From: Gnetum montanum
Taxonomy: Eukaryota; Plantae; Gnetophyta
Reading direction: 5' to 3'
Length of the DNA: 64,000 nt
Assembly: GCA_015680685.1 (NCBI GenBank)
Contig: MNCI01000751.1
Span: 1 to 64,000 of the forward strand
The position numbers and the translations under genes were made by a program. The first letter of the stretch is position 1, and every line of letters starts with the position of its first letter. Shown in pieces: positions 1 to 14,357 of the stretch. A model generated the notes under the pieces. It saw only the letters and a list, made by a program, of their open reading frames with translations. It did no database searches and was not told the origin of the DNA.

Positions 1-40
1 ATTTGTATGGTGGAGTGTAGGGGTACCTCGCCACTCATCA
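1..40 (+). mobile_element. 3' terminus of a gypsy LTR, inserted into an integrase remnant
   Basis: Reads gtatgg...agtgtaggggtacctcgccactcatca, the same end as the LTRs ending at 5039, 16907 and 25199. No PBS follows; it abuts integrase codons (SPYELV on the minus strand). Confidence 0.8.
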
Positions 41-2365
41 ACTAGCTCATAGGGAGAATACCCTATAGGGAGCTTCCAAGTAGAACGATATGCCCAAAGA
101 GCATCGTTCAGTTTCATGCTCCAGTCGTGCCTAAATTTGCTAATTGTTCTTGTTAATATTCTTGTAATCTCCCTATTAGTAACCTCGGCTTGACCATTGG
201 CTTGGGGATGGTAAGGTGTGGTCAGTTTGTGCTCAACCCCTAAGCGTTGCATTAGTTTGCAAAAGGTTGCACTCGTAAAGTACGTTCCATTATCATAAAT
301 GAGTGCACGTGGAACACCAAAGCTATTAACGATTTGTTGTTGTACAAATCGTGCAGTTCTAGATGATGTGCAGTTTGTTACAGCTGCTGCTTCAGCCCAT
401 TTGGTTAAGTAATCAATAGCAACAATTATATATGCCTTTTCGTTGGACATCGGTGTAATTGGCCCCATAAAATCTATTCCCTAGATATCGAAGGGTTCTA
501 AAGGTTGAATCCATTGTTGCAGACCCTCCATTCTAGTAGTCATTCTCCCATCACATTGGCAGCGCTCACAGGATTGGGCAAAATGATGGGCATCCCGAAA
601 TAATGTTGGCCAATAATATCCTGCAAGCAAGACCTTAGTGGCCATTTGTCTTTCGGCATAATGACCCCCACAGGGGCCCTCATGAGCATCCTGGAGAACT
701 TTTAATTGATCTTGATCGGGCACACACCATCGAACCAAGCCATCAGGACATACTTTATAAAGTTGTCCCTGGATTTCCATGAAGTACTTGATTTTGTGAA
801 GAAACTGTTATTTCTTCTTAAATTCTAACCTCTGTGGTATTTTTTGTGAAGTGAGATAAGTGAGAATGCTACTATACCAATTGTCTTTTGTGGGTTGATT
901 ATTTATTACACCATCAAGAGGGTTTCATCAGGAAAATGGTCAGATACAACATATTCATCCTCTTTGTTGTCCCAACGCAACCGAGATAGGTGATTGATGA
1001 CTATGTTCTCGGTGCCTTTGCGGTCTACAATAGTTAAATCAAACTCCTGAAGAATCACCAGCAAACGTATGATACGTGGGCTAACCATTGGCTTATTCAA
1101 AAGGAACCTAATTGCACTATGATCTGTATGGATATATACCTTGTAACCCAATACATAGTGCCTAAATTTATCCAATGCAAACACAACAGCCATTAATTCT
1201 TTTTCTGTAGTCATGTAGTTAAGTTGTGCACCGGTGATACTCTTACTGGCACAGTGGATGTAATAAGGTCATTTTTGTTCATCTAGTTGTGTCAGTACAG
1301 CTCCTAAGGAATAATTGGATGCATTGGTCATGATATGGAACAGTTTGGACCAGTCAAGCACTTGTAGAATGGGAGTTTCCACAAGCCTCTATTTGAGAGC
1401 TTGGAGTGCTTGTTCACATTCCTTGGTCCATTCGAATGGTGCATCTTTTTTTGTTAATTCTACCAATGGTTTGAAAACTTTGGAGCAGTTCGCAATAAAC
1501 CTCCTGTAGTAGCCAGTGTGTCCAAGGAATGACCTAATGTCTTTAACAGTTTCTGGTTGTCGGGTAATTCCTTGGATGACTTTAATTTTTTTTTGGATCT
1601 ACATCGATTCCTGATTGGGAAATTATGTGCCCCAGCATGATGCCCTCTTGAACCATCAAATGGCTCTTTTTCTAGTTGAGCTTGAGGTTGGTTTCAGCAC
1701 ATCGTTTCAATACTTGCTCTAACTGGTTGAGGGCTTGATCAAAACTCGTCCCATAAGTGGAGAAGTCATCCATGAAGACTTCTACTCCATTACCTATTTG
1801 TTGTTGAAATATGCTTAGAACTAATCGTTGAAACATGGCAGGTGCATTACACAAGCCAAAAGGCATTTGTTTGTATGCAAACGTTCCCCAAGGACTGGTG
1901 AATGTTGTTTTGGCTTGGTCTTCTGGCACAATTCGTATTTGGTTGTATCCACTATATCCATCCAGAAATTGTAATAGCGATGCCCTGCAATAGTGTCTAA
2001 GACTTGGTCCACAAATGGCAGTGGGAAGTGGTCTTTGAATGTTGCCATATTTAATAGCCTAAAATCTATACATACCCTCCATTTACCTCCCTTTTTCGGT
2101 ACGATGACAAGAGGACTAACCCATTCGCTGTCAGTGATAGGGTAAATGAACCCTGCTTTGAGAAGTTGCTCTAGCTCCTCTTTCACTATTTGTTTTAGTT
2201 TCAAGTTCAATCGCCTATGGGGTTGCTTGTGAGGTTTCATAGAGGGGTCTATATAAATCCTATGCTGGCATATCCAAGGATCTATTCTAGTTAGTTCAAG
2301 GTACGACCAAGAAAAGGCAGTTGACCACTTGTTTATCACCCTTAGCAAACTTTCTTTTTGCATAG
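41..2365 (-). mobile_element. Degenerate Ty3/gypsy pol (RT, RNase H, integrase), Athila/Tat-like
   Basis: Broken ORFs contain WVSPLVIVPKKGGKWRVCIDFR, MPFGLCNAPA, VFMDDF, TTEKELMAVVFALDKFR...TDHSA and the integrase zinc region H-GGH...YYWP...CERCQ. The order RT-RH-INT is that of gypsy elements. Confidence 0.93.
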
Positions 2366-2369
2366 GTAC

Positions 2370-5039
2370 GAGCTTTCTTTAACTTTTTTTTTAGTTTTTG
2401 TTTTACATCATCATTATACTTTTCCACTTTTTTTGTGAGTGTGTGTGTGTATCCACCCTGTAAGTTTTTCCCATAATAAGTGTTCAGAATGATGGTATGA
2501 ACTATTTTCATATTGATTGCTAATGTTTGGTTTTTACCTTTAAGTTACAATGTTGATACTAAAGTATGTTTCTTTTGATATGGCAGGTAATGAGATCACT
2601 TCATNNNNNNNNNNNNNNNNNNNNNNNNNNNNNNNNNNNNNNNNNNNNNNNNNNNNNNNNNNNNNNNNNNNNNNNNNNNNNNNNNNNNNNNNNNNNNNNN
2701 NNNNNNNNNNNNNNNNNNNNNNNNNNNNNNNNNNNNNNNNNNNNNNNNNNNNNNNNNNNNNNNNNNNNNNNNNNNNNNNNNNNNNNNNNNNNNNNNNNNN
2801 NNNNNNNNNNNNNNNNNNNNNNNNNNNNNNNNNNNNNNNNNNNNNNNNNNNNNNNNNNNNNNNNNNNNNNNNNNNNNNNNNNNNNNNNNNNNNNNNNNNN
2901 NNNNNNNNNNNNNNNNNNNNNNNNNNNNNNNNNNNNNNNNNNNNNNNNNNNNNNNNNNNNNNNNNNNNNNNNNNNNNNNNNNNNNNNNNNNNNNNNNNNN
3001 NNNNNNNNNNNNNNNNNNNNNNNNNNNNNNNNNNNNNNNNNNNNNNNNNNNNNNNNNNNNNNNNNNNNNNNNNNNNNNNNNNNNNNNNNNNNNNNNNNNN
3101 NNNNNNNNNNNNNNNNNNNNNNNNNNNNNNNNNNNNNNNNNNNNNNNNNNNNNNNNNNNNNNNNNNNNNNNNNNNNNNNNNNNNNNNNNNNNNNNNNNNN
3201 NNNNNNNNNNNNNNNNNNNNNNNNNNNNNNNNNNNNNNNNNNNNNNNNNNNNNNNNNNNNNNNNNNNNNNNNNNNNNNNNNNNNNNNNNNNNNNNNNNNN
3301 NNNNNNNNNNNNNNNNNNNNNNNNNNNNNNNNNNNNNNNNNNNNNNNNNNNNNNNNNNNNNNNNNNNNNNNNNNNNNNNNNNNNNNNNNNNNNNNNNNNN
3401 NNNNNNNNNNNNNNNNNNNNNNNNNNNNNNNNNNNNNNNNNNNNNNNNNNNNNNNNNNNNNNNNNNNNNNNNNNNNNNNNNNNNNNNNNNNNNNNNNNNN
3501 NNNNNNNNNNNNNNNNNNNNNNNNNNNNNNNNNNNNNNNNNNNNNNNNNNNNNNATTTTCTTCCTAACCCCTACACCTTCGGTAGTCATCATTACTACAT
3601 CTCCCGATCCATATTAGCCATACCACAACCTAGCCAATGGACCTACACTGAAGCAAGGTATTAATTACTTAATGATTCAATTACCCTTACTAATATATGA
3701 TTATGTTGTATGTGCAGATGGCAATCATGCAAAAAATGGATTGGATTTGGAGCTGGAGCAAAACACTTGGAATGGAGCAGCGCTGAAGCAGCTATGCAAG
3801 GAGCAAGATAGATGGCACGCTTATGGATGGACAACGAAAGCACAATCTTGGCGTTGGCAATAGCAACACTTCTTTCTATCTCTCTCTTTCTCTCAAGCTG
3901 CCAACAAAGGCCTGATGTCATTGTAATAAGGTGTTCACCCTTATTGTCATGAACACTAGTTTTGTCAAGTCTTGTAATAATGATTCATTCACATGTCATC
4001 CGATTAGTTCCATTCCCCTCAATAATTCCATACCTTCCTAATATTATTGTAAGGAACTCGAGGATGAGTTTTCATTTAGTCATGGGGGTATGATGAGACG
4101 CGATATGCACAAGCTGCAATATCGCATCGTCCCCTGTGATATCGCGGTCTGCCACCAAATCTATAAATAAGAGGTGGCACTCGCCTCATTTTCATCCTGG
4201 CTAGAAGTAGTGAAGCTCTAGCAGTTTGATCACTCCAGAGTTAGATTAATTTCCCTTATGGATTTTATTTATTCTTATTTATTGCTTTCCTAGAATGTGG
4301 TATGAGTACGACTTGATTACAAGCATCTAAGGATGTGTATGGCTAGTCAAGGAATCAGCTACTCATCGCATGCGGTATGAGTACGACTTGATTATGAGCA
4401 TTGTGACTACTTGGTAACCTAGTACCATATTCCAAGATCTATGCTTGGTAATCCCAGTGGTAGTCCCAGTGTGTATGGCTAGTCAAGGAATCGGCTACTC
4501 ATTGCACTTAGGCTAGTTAGGTTCTCTCACCCTTCACTCTTAGAACGTGGGGTAAGTACGACTTGGCTATGAGCACCTACGGGTGTGTACGACTAGTCAA
4601 GGAATCGGCTTCTTATCACACTTAGGCTAGTTAGGTGCCTCAGTACGCCACTTCGAGCACGTGCGTTACGTGTGGTGATCCCAGTAACGATTAGCGTTTG
4701 GTAGCCATAGTTGCATCGGTTCAGGGTGTGTATGGTAAGTGGGAACAGATGCTGATGCTAGTTAATTTAGACTTAGGTCCTTAGTTAGAGTTAGTTAGCT
4801 TCCTCAACCCTTCACCTCATAGCATAGGAGAAAAATCATAAAAGACCATAAAAGTCATATACCTCAGACTTACTTAACTATACACCGTGAGAACAACAAG
4901 TAAGACTGGGAAGACAATGAATGATTAACCCCAAGTGTTCCATGGGGCATTTAGGCATTTAGTCTACGGATTTCGACCGAATCGTGTGTGCTACGCTCGT
5001 TTCGTATGGTTGAGTGTAGGGGTACCTCGCCACTCATCA
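2370..5039 (+). mobile_element. 3' part of a gypsy element: internal region, PPT (~4084-4090) and 3' LTR (4091-5039); spans the N gap
   Basis: 2380-2604 and 3556-4090 are reverse-complement homologs of ~9296-9560 and ~7709-8245. The PPT gggggta precedes a TG...CA LTR that contains internal direct repeats (gagtacgacttg; gtgtatggctagtcaaggaatc). Confidence 0.85.
2605..3555. other. Assembly gap (N run)
   Basis: Run of n. The ORFs called across it are artefacts. Confidence 0.99.
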
Positions 5040-5793
5040 AATGCTCACTCAAGAAAAACTCTAGCAATTGGGTTTTTCCATGGCCTCTTGGTATATCCTT
5101 TGCTATAAAGAGATTGAAACTGTGACACATATTTTCAAAGAATGTCTACTTACAAAAGCTTTAAGTCAATTCATATGCATGTGGACTAGAATCCTAAGGG
5201 ATCAATAGTGGGCAATGATTATGGAAGGGCCCATTATTCAAAGACACTTGCATAAGATTTTATTTTGGGTGGAGGCTATCTAGAAGATTTGGCTCGAGTA
5301 GAATGCTTACACTCTTCATGTGAAGTGCCTAAACTCTCCCTATAAAGGTATCTCAAATGCATTCACCAACTTTCACTTGTTGAAAAATATTCATGGACAC
5401 ATGATAACAATATTTAACATTCATGACTCCTTGTGAGATGAGCCAATATGATGCCCTTAAATTATGTATTTTTTTATTTTTCTTATATGCATTGCCTCTA
5501 TTTTAAATGAACTTTATAATGTTGCATATGACAATTTTTTTGGTTTTTGGTTTTGATGTCCCATAGGAATGCTTATGGCTTTTTGATTAGTTGGAAAATG
5601 GGTTGGGATTCTCTCCCTATAAAGTTGATGCATGATCCTTCTAATGATTTAGTTTATGGTTGGCTTCATGGTCTGGGTGTTCATTTATTTTCTAGAGGAT
5701 CTTCTTCCATCCATGATGATACTACTATTGCTGATTTGGGGTTCATCCCTCTCATTATATAAATGACTAGAATTTCCCTCAAAAAAAGAAAAA
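5040..5793 (+). mobile_element. 3' fragment of a conventional L1 LINE (zf-RVT, 3'UTR, poly A)
   Basis: Translates as MLTQEKL*QLGFSMASWYILCYKEIETVTHIFKEC (zf-RVT-like). Ends ccctc-aaaaaaagaaaaa at ~5781-5793. Confidence 0.7.
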
Positions 5794-5957
5794 CATTATA
5801 ACACTTTCTTCTAGTGATGTTGATGAAACTAAGATACTTGATTTTTCTCTTCTTCATGATGTATATAAGTTATTAGTTGCTAATCATTCATCCTAATATA
5901 TGTTCATTTAAATTTTGGATTACCCACCTTGTAATCAAAGCTTTATTTCATAGTTAA

Positions 5958-6078
5958 AACAATAAGGTGTTAGCTTAATGTTACACATCTTGGCCTAGTA
6001 ACCCTAGGTCATAGGTTCAATTCTACTAAATAGCATTGAGTTATAACCTTCTATAAATCTTAGGGTGTACCTATGTTT
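5958..6078 (+). mobile_element. tRNA-derived SINE-like repeat
   Basis: A-box-like tagcttaatg and B-box-like ggttcaattc. Homologous to inverted copies at ~14226-14357 and ~29105-29225. Confidence 0.55.
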
Positions 6079-6909
6079 CAATTATTTTGGTTGTACCAAA
6101 ATTTTAGATTACCTATCATGTAATTAAATGATGTGATGGAAAAACATGACATCCAAATTCTTTATGCTAGGTATTATTCTTGTTTTTTTCCTACTTGCTA
6201 GGTTATGCAATGCTTTGATGGTGCAATGTGCCTTAGATATAGGGTCTTATATATATAATTATGTAGTGTTGATTATTCACAAGAGGGCTTTATATTTTAA
6301 TGTTCAATCTAAATAATATGCTAAAGTTCTATATTTTGTTGAGGTATATAATCTTCTATTGATTTTTCAGAAAGTTTAGCATGATATTATTAGTCTTTTT
6401 GGTCTCATTTATGCATATAGAGTTTATTTCTATAACTATTAATTTTTGCACATATTTTTTATTAAAATCAATCTTTTCAATCATAAAAAGGAATTGAAAT
6501 TACAAGTAAAGAGGACAGACTTATATTCAGCTAATTACATATTATAATCTTCTTAATTTCTACAACTTTTGCTATTATGAAGTACATTTGTTTATTGTTT
6601 ATCCTTTTCCACTCAAGAAAAAAGATTCTAAAGAAAAAAACTGTGTTAAAGTTTAAGATGGAAAAAATAATTTGAAAATATGAACAATAAGGAATCTAGA
6701 GAAGAAATAAGCTCCTATTTATATTTTTCTAGTCCTAGAAAAAGTATTAAGTAGCTCATATAAATAGCTCACAAGACAAATTTTTACTTGTCTTCCAAGA
6801 ATACTATTAAATCAAAGATTAAAACTAGTATAGATAAGAAGGTTACAATGATAAATATTCTTGATGTAAGATCAATAACAAGTGAAGAGGTGAAGACCTT
6901 CTACAAGCA

Positions 6910-9900
6910 TGATGGGTGGCGAGGTACCCCTACACTCAACCATACAAATACGAGCGTTACACATGTGATTCGATCAAACTCCACAGACTAAGTGCCTACA
7001 GGCCTTATGGAACACTTAAGGTTAATTGTTTGTTGTCTTCCTAGACTTACTTGTATTTGTCATAGTTGTATGGTTAAGTAAGTCTGAGGTATGCGAATTT
7101 TATATCTTTTCTATTTTATCGCCTATGCTAGGAGGGAAAATGTGAAGAGACTAATTAACTAACCTTAACTAACTAATTAAGCCTTAATTAACCTAGCATC
7201 AATATCCATTCCCACTTGCCGTTCACACCCTGAGCCGATGCAACCTTCTGGGATTACTAAATGCTATTCGTTACTAGGATTACCAAGCGTAACGCATGTG
7301 CTCGAAGCGGTCGTATTGAATGCACTTAACTAGGAGAGAAGGATTGAGAGAGATTTAATTAACTAATAAAGCATTTAAACAATAAAAAATAAATAACAAT
7401 AAGTAAAGTCCTATTTAGCTTAGTCCATGCATTGCAAGGTTTATCTAAGAAGTTCGTCCTTAATTTCGTATACAAACTTGTGCTCAAGTACAATATTTGC
7501 TCGAATAAAGATCTGTTCACTTTGGAGCTCCTACTACGGGCATATGGAAATTATTCTATCTCTGGAGAGGTAAAACTACTAGAGTTTCACTAAGGGTCTA
7601 GATCTAGATGGAGAAACAAGGGAGAGCCACTTCTTATTTATAGAAATGGTGGCGGACTACGATATCACGTACACGATATCGTGGCCCATGTGATATCGCG
7701 TCCCATCATACCCCCATGACTGAATAAAAACTCATCCTCGAGTTACTTACAAAATATTGGGAAGGTATGGGATTATTAACTTGAATGGAACTAATGGTGA
7801 ATGGGATAACATGTGAATGGATCATCATTACAGAACATGACAAAACTGGTGTTCACGACAACAAGAGTGAACACTTTATACATTTGACGTCAGGCCTTAT
7901 TTGGCAGCTGAGAAAGAAAGAGAGAGAGAGAAAGAAGTTTTGCTGCTGCTAACGCCAAAATTGTGCCTTTTGTTGTCCATCCATAAGTGAGCCATCCATC
8001 TCATTCCTTGCATAGCTGCTTTATCACTGATCCATTCCAAGTGTTCTCTCCAAATCCAATCCATTGTTGTATGATTGCCATCTGCACACACAACACAGTC
8101 TTTATATTAGCAAGGGTAAATGAATCACAATGCAGTGGATACCTTGCTTCGGTGAAAGGTCCATTGGCTGAGTTGTGGTATGGCTAATACAGATTTGGAG
8201 ATATAATAGTGGTGACTACTGAAGGTGTAGGGGTTAGGAGAAAATCGAAAAAATTGGGTCCAGACCCCCATGACTAAGAGCGAACCTCCGGTAGCGATAG
8301 AATGGAGAAAGAATAAAGAACAAGAAAGATGGAGAAAAAGAGACAACTATAACATCGATGAAATGGATGTCAAGATGGAAATGAACAAAATAGAGTGGAT
8401 TGCAAAAATGTTAAGGGAAATAATTTAACTAGTGTACCAAATAGAAATGCTAGTGGATCCTCCCCAAAGCAGGCTCATGCCTTTAATACCCTGATAAACC
8501 CACATTCAAAAAGTCTATAGGCTCTAGGAATGTCATTTTGAACAAGAGTTAAGGTATTAACCACAAGAATTTACCAAAAAAAAAAATAATGCGTCAACCA
8601 AAATATACACTAATGATACAACCGGCAATGAGGTGAACAATGGAGAGAAGGATGGAGAGAAGAGAATGGAATGGAATCCCAAGAAAAAGGTGGTGTATAG
8701 CCTCATGTGGATTTCAATGATTAATGTGACTTAGCAGATCCCATTCCAAGTCTGGCCTCAAACAAACCACTTCCAGTGACTTTGCATTAATGCATTTGGC
8801 CAATCCATCCACTTGAACTAACAAGAATGCATCCCTCAAAGAGCCACCACCATTTCAAAAAAATGAAGGAGGAGAGAATGGGAAGCGAGAAGGGCCTTAG
8901 TTAGAGGAAGCATGTTTTTATCTCCATAACCATTGCTTGTAGCTGAAATGATTATTTCATCTAAGGGATGTGCTTTGAATTCTCACTATTTTTTTATGTG
9001 TTTATATGTGAGAACCACACCATGTAAAGACTTTGTTATTTTTATTAGCTCAACTTCCCAATAATGGAGCAATGTCAGAATGGGAAGGAAAACTCAAGAA
9101 GAAAACATCTAAGCACCTAAGAGAATGGACAACACAAATGCATCAAGTCCCCTTGGTGTCACACATTTTTCAATCCTTGAGTCCTTCCTTAGTTTGAGAA
9201 ATGCCCAGTCACCAATTCGTTATAGTTCTTATTATTGAGAAAGGGACTGTACAGTTCCAAGCCAAGAGAGACCATAGAGATTTGTGGATGAATGGATGAA
9301 GTGGACTCATTTCCTATCATATCAAAAGAACCATACCTTAGTATCAACATCGTAACTTAAAGGTAAAAACCAAACATTAGCAATCAATGTGGTACGGTTC
9401 ATACCATCTTTGGAGCACTTACTGGATGAAAAACTTAACAAAATGGATAACACACACACACACACATGAATAAAAGAAAAATTATGAACAATGTTGTAAA
9501 ACAAAAACAAGAAAAGTTAAAGAAATTTGTAAAACAAAAATGTGTAAAACAAAAACTTAAAAGAACTAAGGGCCCCAAATGATCAGCATAGGTGGCCATC
9601 TCCCCCATGATTGAATGGAAAGGGAGAGATTCAAAATAATGAACATCTATTTGAATGTTTTAGAAGTGTCCAACTCCTCCCAATTGATGTTTCTAGGTTA
9701 AGAGTTGGAAGTTGGTGATGCTCATATTCCAATGTATCTATGCTCTCGCTGTGGGTGTAGTTCGTTCCATGCATGTTGGTGGGCTGCTCTCTTGATCAGC
9801 TGTGAACCACTGGGTGTTCTCTTGTTGTGTGGTTGCTACATACAAGCACCTTTGTATGTTATCCTCTGGTGCACACTAGTTACATGCAGAAAATGTTGAG

Positions 9901-12900
9901 CATTCCTCCATGTCATCACCCTCTGAGTCACTGCATGTGATGCATGGAACTTTCTTCTTCTCGATCTTTCCATAAATGTTTTCCTTTAATATTTCCAAGG
10001 AAAGATCACGGATTCTTAGGCATGCATCTATTGTACTCAGCCATGTCCTTCCCATTATAATTGGGAAGTCCCCTTTGCTACTATTAACTTCTATCACTAG
10101 GAAATCAGCTGGGTATCACCAACCACACACAGTGGTAATGATGTCCTCCACCAATCCCAAGGGAATGGTGATGGACTGGTCAGCCAACTCTAGTTGAATA
10201 TTGCTCCTCTTGAGTGGAGGTAGGTTCCAAGCTTTATACATCTCCTGTGATATTAAGTTGACTCTGGAACCTGAGTCAAGAAGAGCCTTACGTGGTTCAT
10301 TCCTAGGGGAAGTATATTAAAGAACTTCCAGGGTCAGAGAGTTTTCTAGGAAGGTGGCCTACATTAATCCAGTCAGTAATGATATGTGTTAACATAACTA
10401 TGTGCATTGAGCTCTATTGTTGTTTTGAAGGGAGCTCTGAAGCCTTATTTGTTGGAGGAGTGGTCATAGACTCAACCGCTTGTGGTTGTGAGAGCTTGTT
10501 TGGACTCTTGGTTCTAAAGAAAGGTCTTCTCTTTGTATGATTTTCAGAACCAGCAGTGGGTTGTAGGTTTATAGCTCTCTTAGCATTACATTGCTGTGGT
10601 TGAGTGGGGAGTTCCCCTTGCATCATTGGAGTGGGTGGTAGTGGAACTACCGGTGTAAGAGTGACAGATGGATTCAGAGGATGGTACACATGTGGTGTGT
10701 CTCCCAGAGGAGAAGGAGTCCTAAAATTCTCCCGAACTTGGTAGTGACATTGTGGGGTTGCATGACCCATAGAGTCACTTGGAGAAACCAGCTTCTGCAC
10801 GTAGTAGCCATACGGGTATGGTTGCTGGTAAGGGTATTGTTGTCTAGGTAATGGCATCCCCCATGACTGTGGGTGTTGCCATTGCTGGTGTTGCCCGATA
10901 GGTTGTGGTGGAGTTCCACTTGGATAATATGTTAACGGTTGGTGGAACTACCTTGAGTTACCTTGGGGATAAGGTAACCTTCGGGGTGCTTGCCTTCTAT
11001 TAAGTCTTGGATTGAGTGCATACACCCCAGACTCTTGTAGATGTGAGATTATTGGGCAACATCCCTTAGGATGGTTATATTGGTAAATCTCACATCCACT
11101 GTCATTGTCCATATCAGAATCCAAAAGCTCATCGACGATAGTCATTTTTCCATTACCCTTGTTACATGCATGGTCTGAATCTCTCCGCTTTTTCTTATCA
11201 TGGTCACTACTTCGTTTCTTAGACTCCTCTACGACTTTCAAAATAGTTTCAAACCTACTATCTATGGAGTCCCACATTTGATCTACCGTAGCTGATACCT
11301 CGGTTGTTAGCTTTTGAAGTGGCAAGGTTTTCCTATTCACCAACTCCTCGAGTGGTGACTCATCCTCTTCATCGCAGAATCTCACTCCCTTGTTTCGAAG
11401 GGAAGGATCACGGTTATACTCTTCCACACTTTCTCTTTTCTGTAGCTCCCCTTCTTCTTTAGCTACTTGCTCCAACAATCGATGAACTTCATGGGATCTA
11501 AGTTCAGATAATCTCCCTTGGGCATATGTCCCAAGGGTTCTNAATTCTAGCATTGTACTCCACCTCCTAATGGTTTCCAGCTCTAAGGACCGGTACCAAC
11601 TCTCTGCTTCTTTTATGAGTGTCCTAGGAAACAACTTTAACTTCTGCCCCTCTTTTTCAATATTTTGCAAGGCACAAGCATCATGGAATTCCTATAAGTG
11701 ATTTTGCAAATCATCATTATATCCTCCCTCAAATCATGGGATATTATTTATGTCTAGTCTCTTAATCCAACTGTCTTTTTGGTGCCTTGTAGGTATTCTC
11801 ACAGCATCCGTAATGTCTAACATACTCTAGGTTGATAGTAGGGGTTCTTATGATCATCTCTCTCATGAAATCTATGATGCCTACATGGTTCCCTACTTTC
11901 CCTTCTTTCATGCCTTGATTCTCTCGAATGCCCTCGTCCTTGATCTCGACTCTCTCGTCAAGGTCTCTCATTTTGCTTACCCTTATCCTCACCGTTGTGC
12001 TCTTTGTGACTGCATCCAGATGTTGAAGGAGAAGGTGAATGATGTGATAAAGGGGAAGAAGAAGGGAAACCATCATCATGATGATGTTTCTTACCTTCTC
12101 TTCGGTGGCTACAGCCCCGATTGTGATGATGATCCAAATGCCTACCTTTATCTTGTGCTTGTGTTCCCTCAATGAACACTTGGTGTTCGTGGGAATCATA
12201 ACCAGGGTTGTGTATCATGGAGCATAGGTTCTAATACCCCACCTCCTCACTATCATTAGGAGGAGGAACATCATTTCATGGGGAACCTATTGAGATAGGT
12301 TCACCACCCCTAATTTCTCTTATGATAGGCAAAGCGTTGCGGGGTCCTTTGTCCTTCAACGATGTGTGATAACTCTCCTGTCATGATTCCCTTAGATGTT
12401 GCACCTCTGTGGGATAATCCCTTATGTCATAATCTTCTGCAACGTATTCAATGCATAATTTCATCATGCCTATCTATGCAAGAGCACGAAGGAGCATGTT
12501 AGGGACTACCCGATCTAGGGGTAACACTATGTTACCTTGCAAGTCTCATCAACGCAGTTGTTCATCCCGATGGAGGATAAAAGTAAAATTGGGTATATAC
12601 TCATCGTGATGAGTATACACCACCTGATACTGTTGAGGAACTAGCAGTTCTCGTTATGCATGTTAGACCACCGACTGTCTCTTGTGTGATCCCTAGGTGG
12701 TGAAGTGCTCTTATGAGAAGAAGACATTGTGTCTTATTCGGTGTGCTAATTAACCGTTATATAATTTTTTGTTTAATTAGCCCTGAGGGTGCGTTTAAGC
12801 TTCCCAACAATGTGGATGATTTCCTATGTTTTACTTAGCGCACAAACAACTTAGTCCCCGACAACGGCGTCAATGATGAGTGGCGAGGTACCCCTACACT

Positions 12901-13705
12901 CAACCATACGAATACAAGAATTACACGCGCGATCTGGTCAAACTCCATAGACTAACTGCCTACACGCCTTATGGAATACTTAAGGTTAATCATTTGTTAT
13001 CTTCCCAGACTTACTTGTATTTTTCATGGTTGTATGGTTCAGTAAGTCTGAGGTATGTGATTTTTATATCTTTTCTGTTTTATCGCCTATTCTAGAAGGG
13101 AAAAGGTGAAGAGACTAATTAACTAACCTTAACTAACTAACTAAGCCTTAATTAACCTAGCATCAGTATCCATTCCCACTTGTCGTTCACACCCTGAGCC
13201 GATGCAACCTTCTGGGATTATCAAATGCTATTCGTTACTAGGATTACCAAGCGTAACGCACATGATCGAAGCAGTCGTACTGAATGCACTTAACTAGGAG
13301 AGAAGGGTTGAGAGAGATTTAATTAACTAATAAAGCATTTAAACAACAAACAATAAATAACAATAAGTAAAGTCCTATTTAGCTTAGTCCATGTAGTGCA
13401 AGGTTTATCCAAGAAGTTCATCTTTATTTCTGTACACAAACTTGTGCTCAGGTACAATATTTGCTTGAATAAAGATCCGTTCAGTTTGGAGCTCCTACTG
13501 CGGGCACATGAAAATTATTCTATCTCTAGAGAGGTAAAACTACCAGAGTTTCACTAAGGGTCTAGATCTAGATGGAGAAACAAGGGAGAGCTGCTTCTTA
13601 TTTATAGAAATGACGATGGACTGCGATATTGCGTATGATACATCGCGTACATGATATCGTAGTGAGGACGTGATATCATGGCCCATGTGATATCACGTCC
13701 CATCA
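6910..13705 (-). mobile_element. Complete non-autonomous Athila-like LTR element (gag and protease remnants, no RT/INT)
   Basis: LTRs at 6910-7708 and 12874-13705 (TG...CA). TSD aagca/aagcg. PBS 12855-12872 reads tgacgccgttgtcgggga on the minus strand (tRNA-Asp type). PPT lies just right of 7708. gag LKLFPRTL..EAESWY at ~10948-11800; protease ALLDSGS and FPIIMGRTWL at ~9876-10300. Confidence 0.92.
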
Positions 13706-14225
13706 AAGCGGTACCACTTTCTTGATTTGAAACTTATATTGGTAATAAGCCACAACTCTTTATCTCAAATCCTTTTACTATTTTAATTTCAAGCATAAAA
13801 GTTGAAAAGTGATATAAGTTTTGTTATGACTAGAACATTTCTTCCTATTAATAATTAATTTTCTTCATTTATTTTTTGCAAAGTATCAATTCTAAGGTTG
13901 GACACTTGAGTAGATAATCATAAAATCAAAAAATTTTTTCTTTTTATATATTTTTTAATGATGTATATTCAATGTCAAGCTTGTGATGTACTCTAAATTT
14001 TCTTTGCTCATTATTAATATTTTTTTTTTGAGTTATGACATCCCACCACCACCCCTTGTCCCCTCCCCTTAAATTACTTCAAGTTTAACATCCCCACAAG
14101 TAAAACTCACAAATATTACATACTATGTAACAAGTCTATTAATTAAGCTAATTAAAATAATTTAAAGAAAGTGTTAATAGGAACTTCAAAAATAGGAGGG
14201 ATGCTAGAATCTTGAAATAATTGTA

Positions 14226-14357
14226 ATGTAGGTACATCCCAAAATACATAGTCTAATTATTATAGCTTTATAACTCAACATTGCCTACCAAATTCAAATC
14301 CATGACTTGGATCTTTTAAATCAAAAGTCTTACCACTAGGCTAACACCTCATTGAAA
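14226..14357 (-). mobile_element. tRNA-derived SINE-like repeat copy
   Basis: Reverse-complement similarity to 5958-6078 (aatgaggtgttagcctagtgg ... gatgtacctac). Confidence 0.5.

Noticed and set aside
2540-3617. Three 330-355 aa ORFs
   Set aside because: They consist almost entirely of the N gap.
4290-4640. Spaced direct repeats resembling a CRISPR array
   Set aside because: They are degenerate repeats inside a plant LTR, with irregular spacing and no cas genes.
5958-6078. Functional tRNA gene
   Set aside because: No intact cloverleaf, and several decayed dispersed copies, so it is treated as a SINE.
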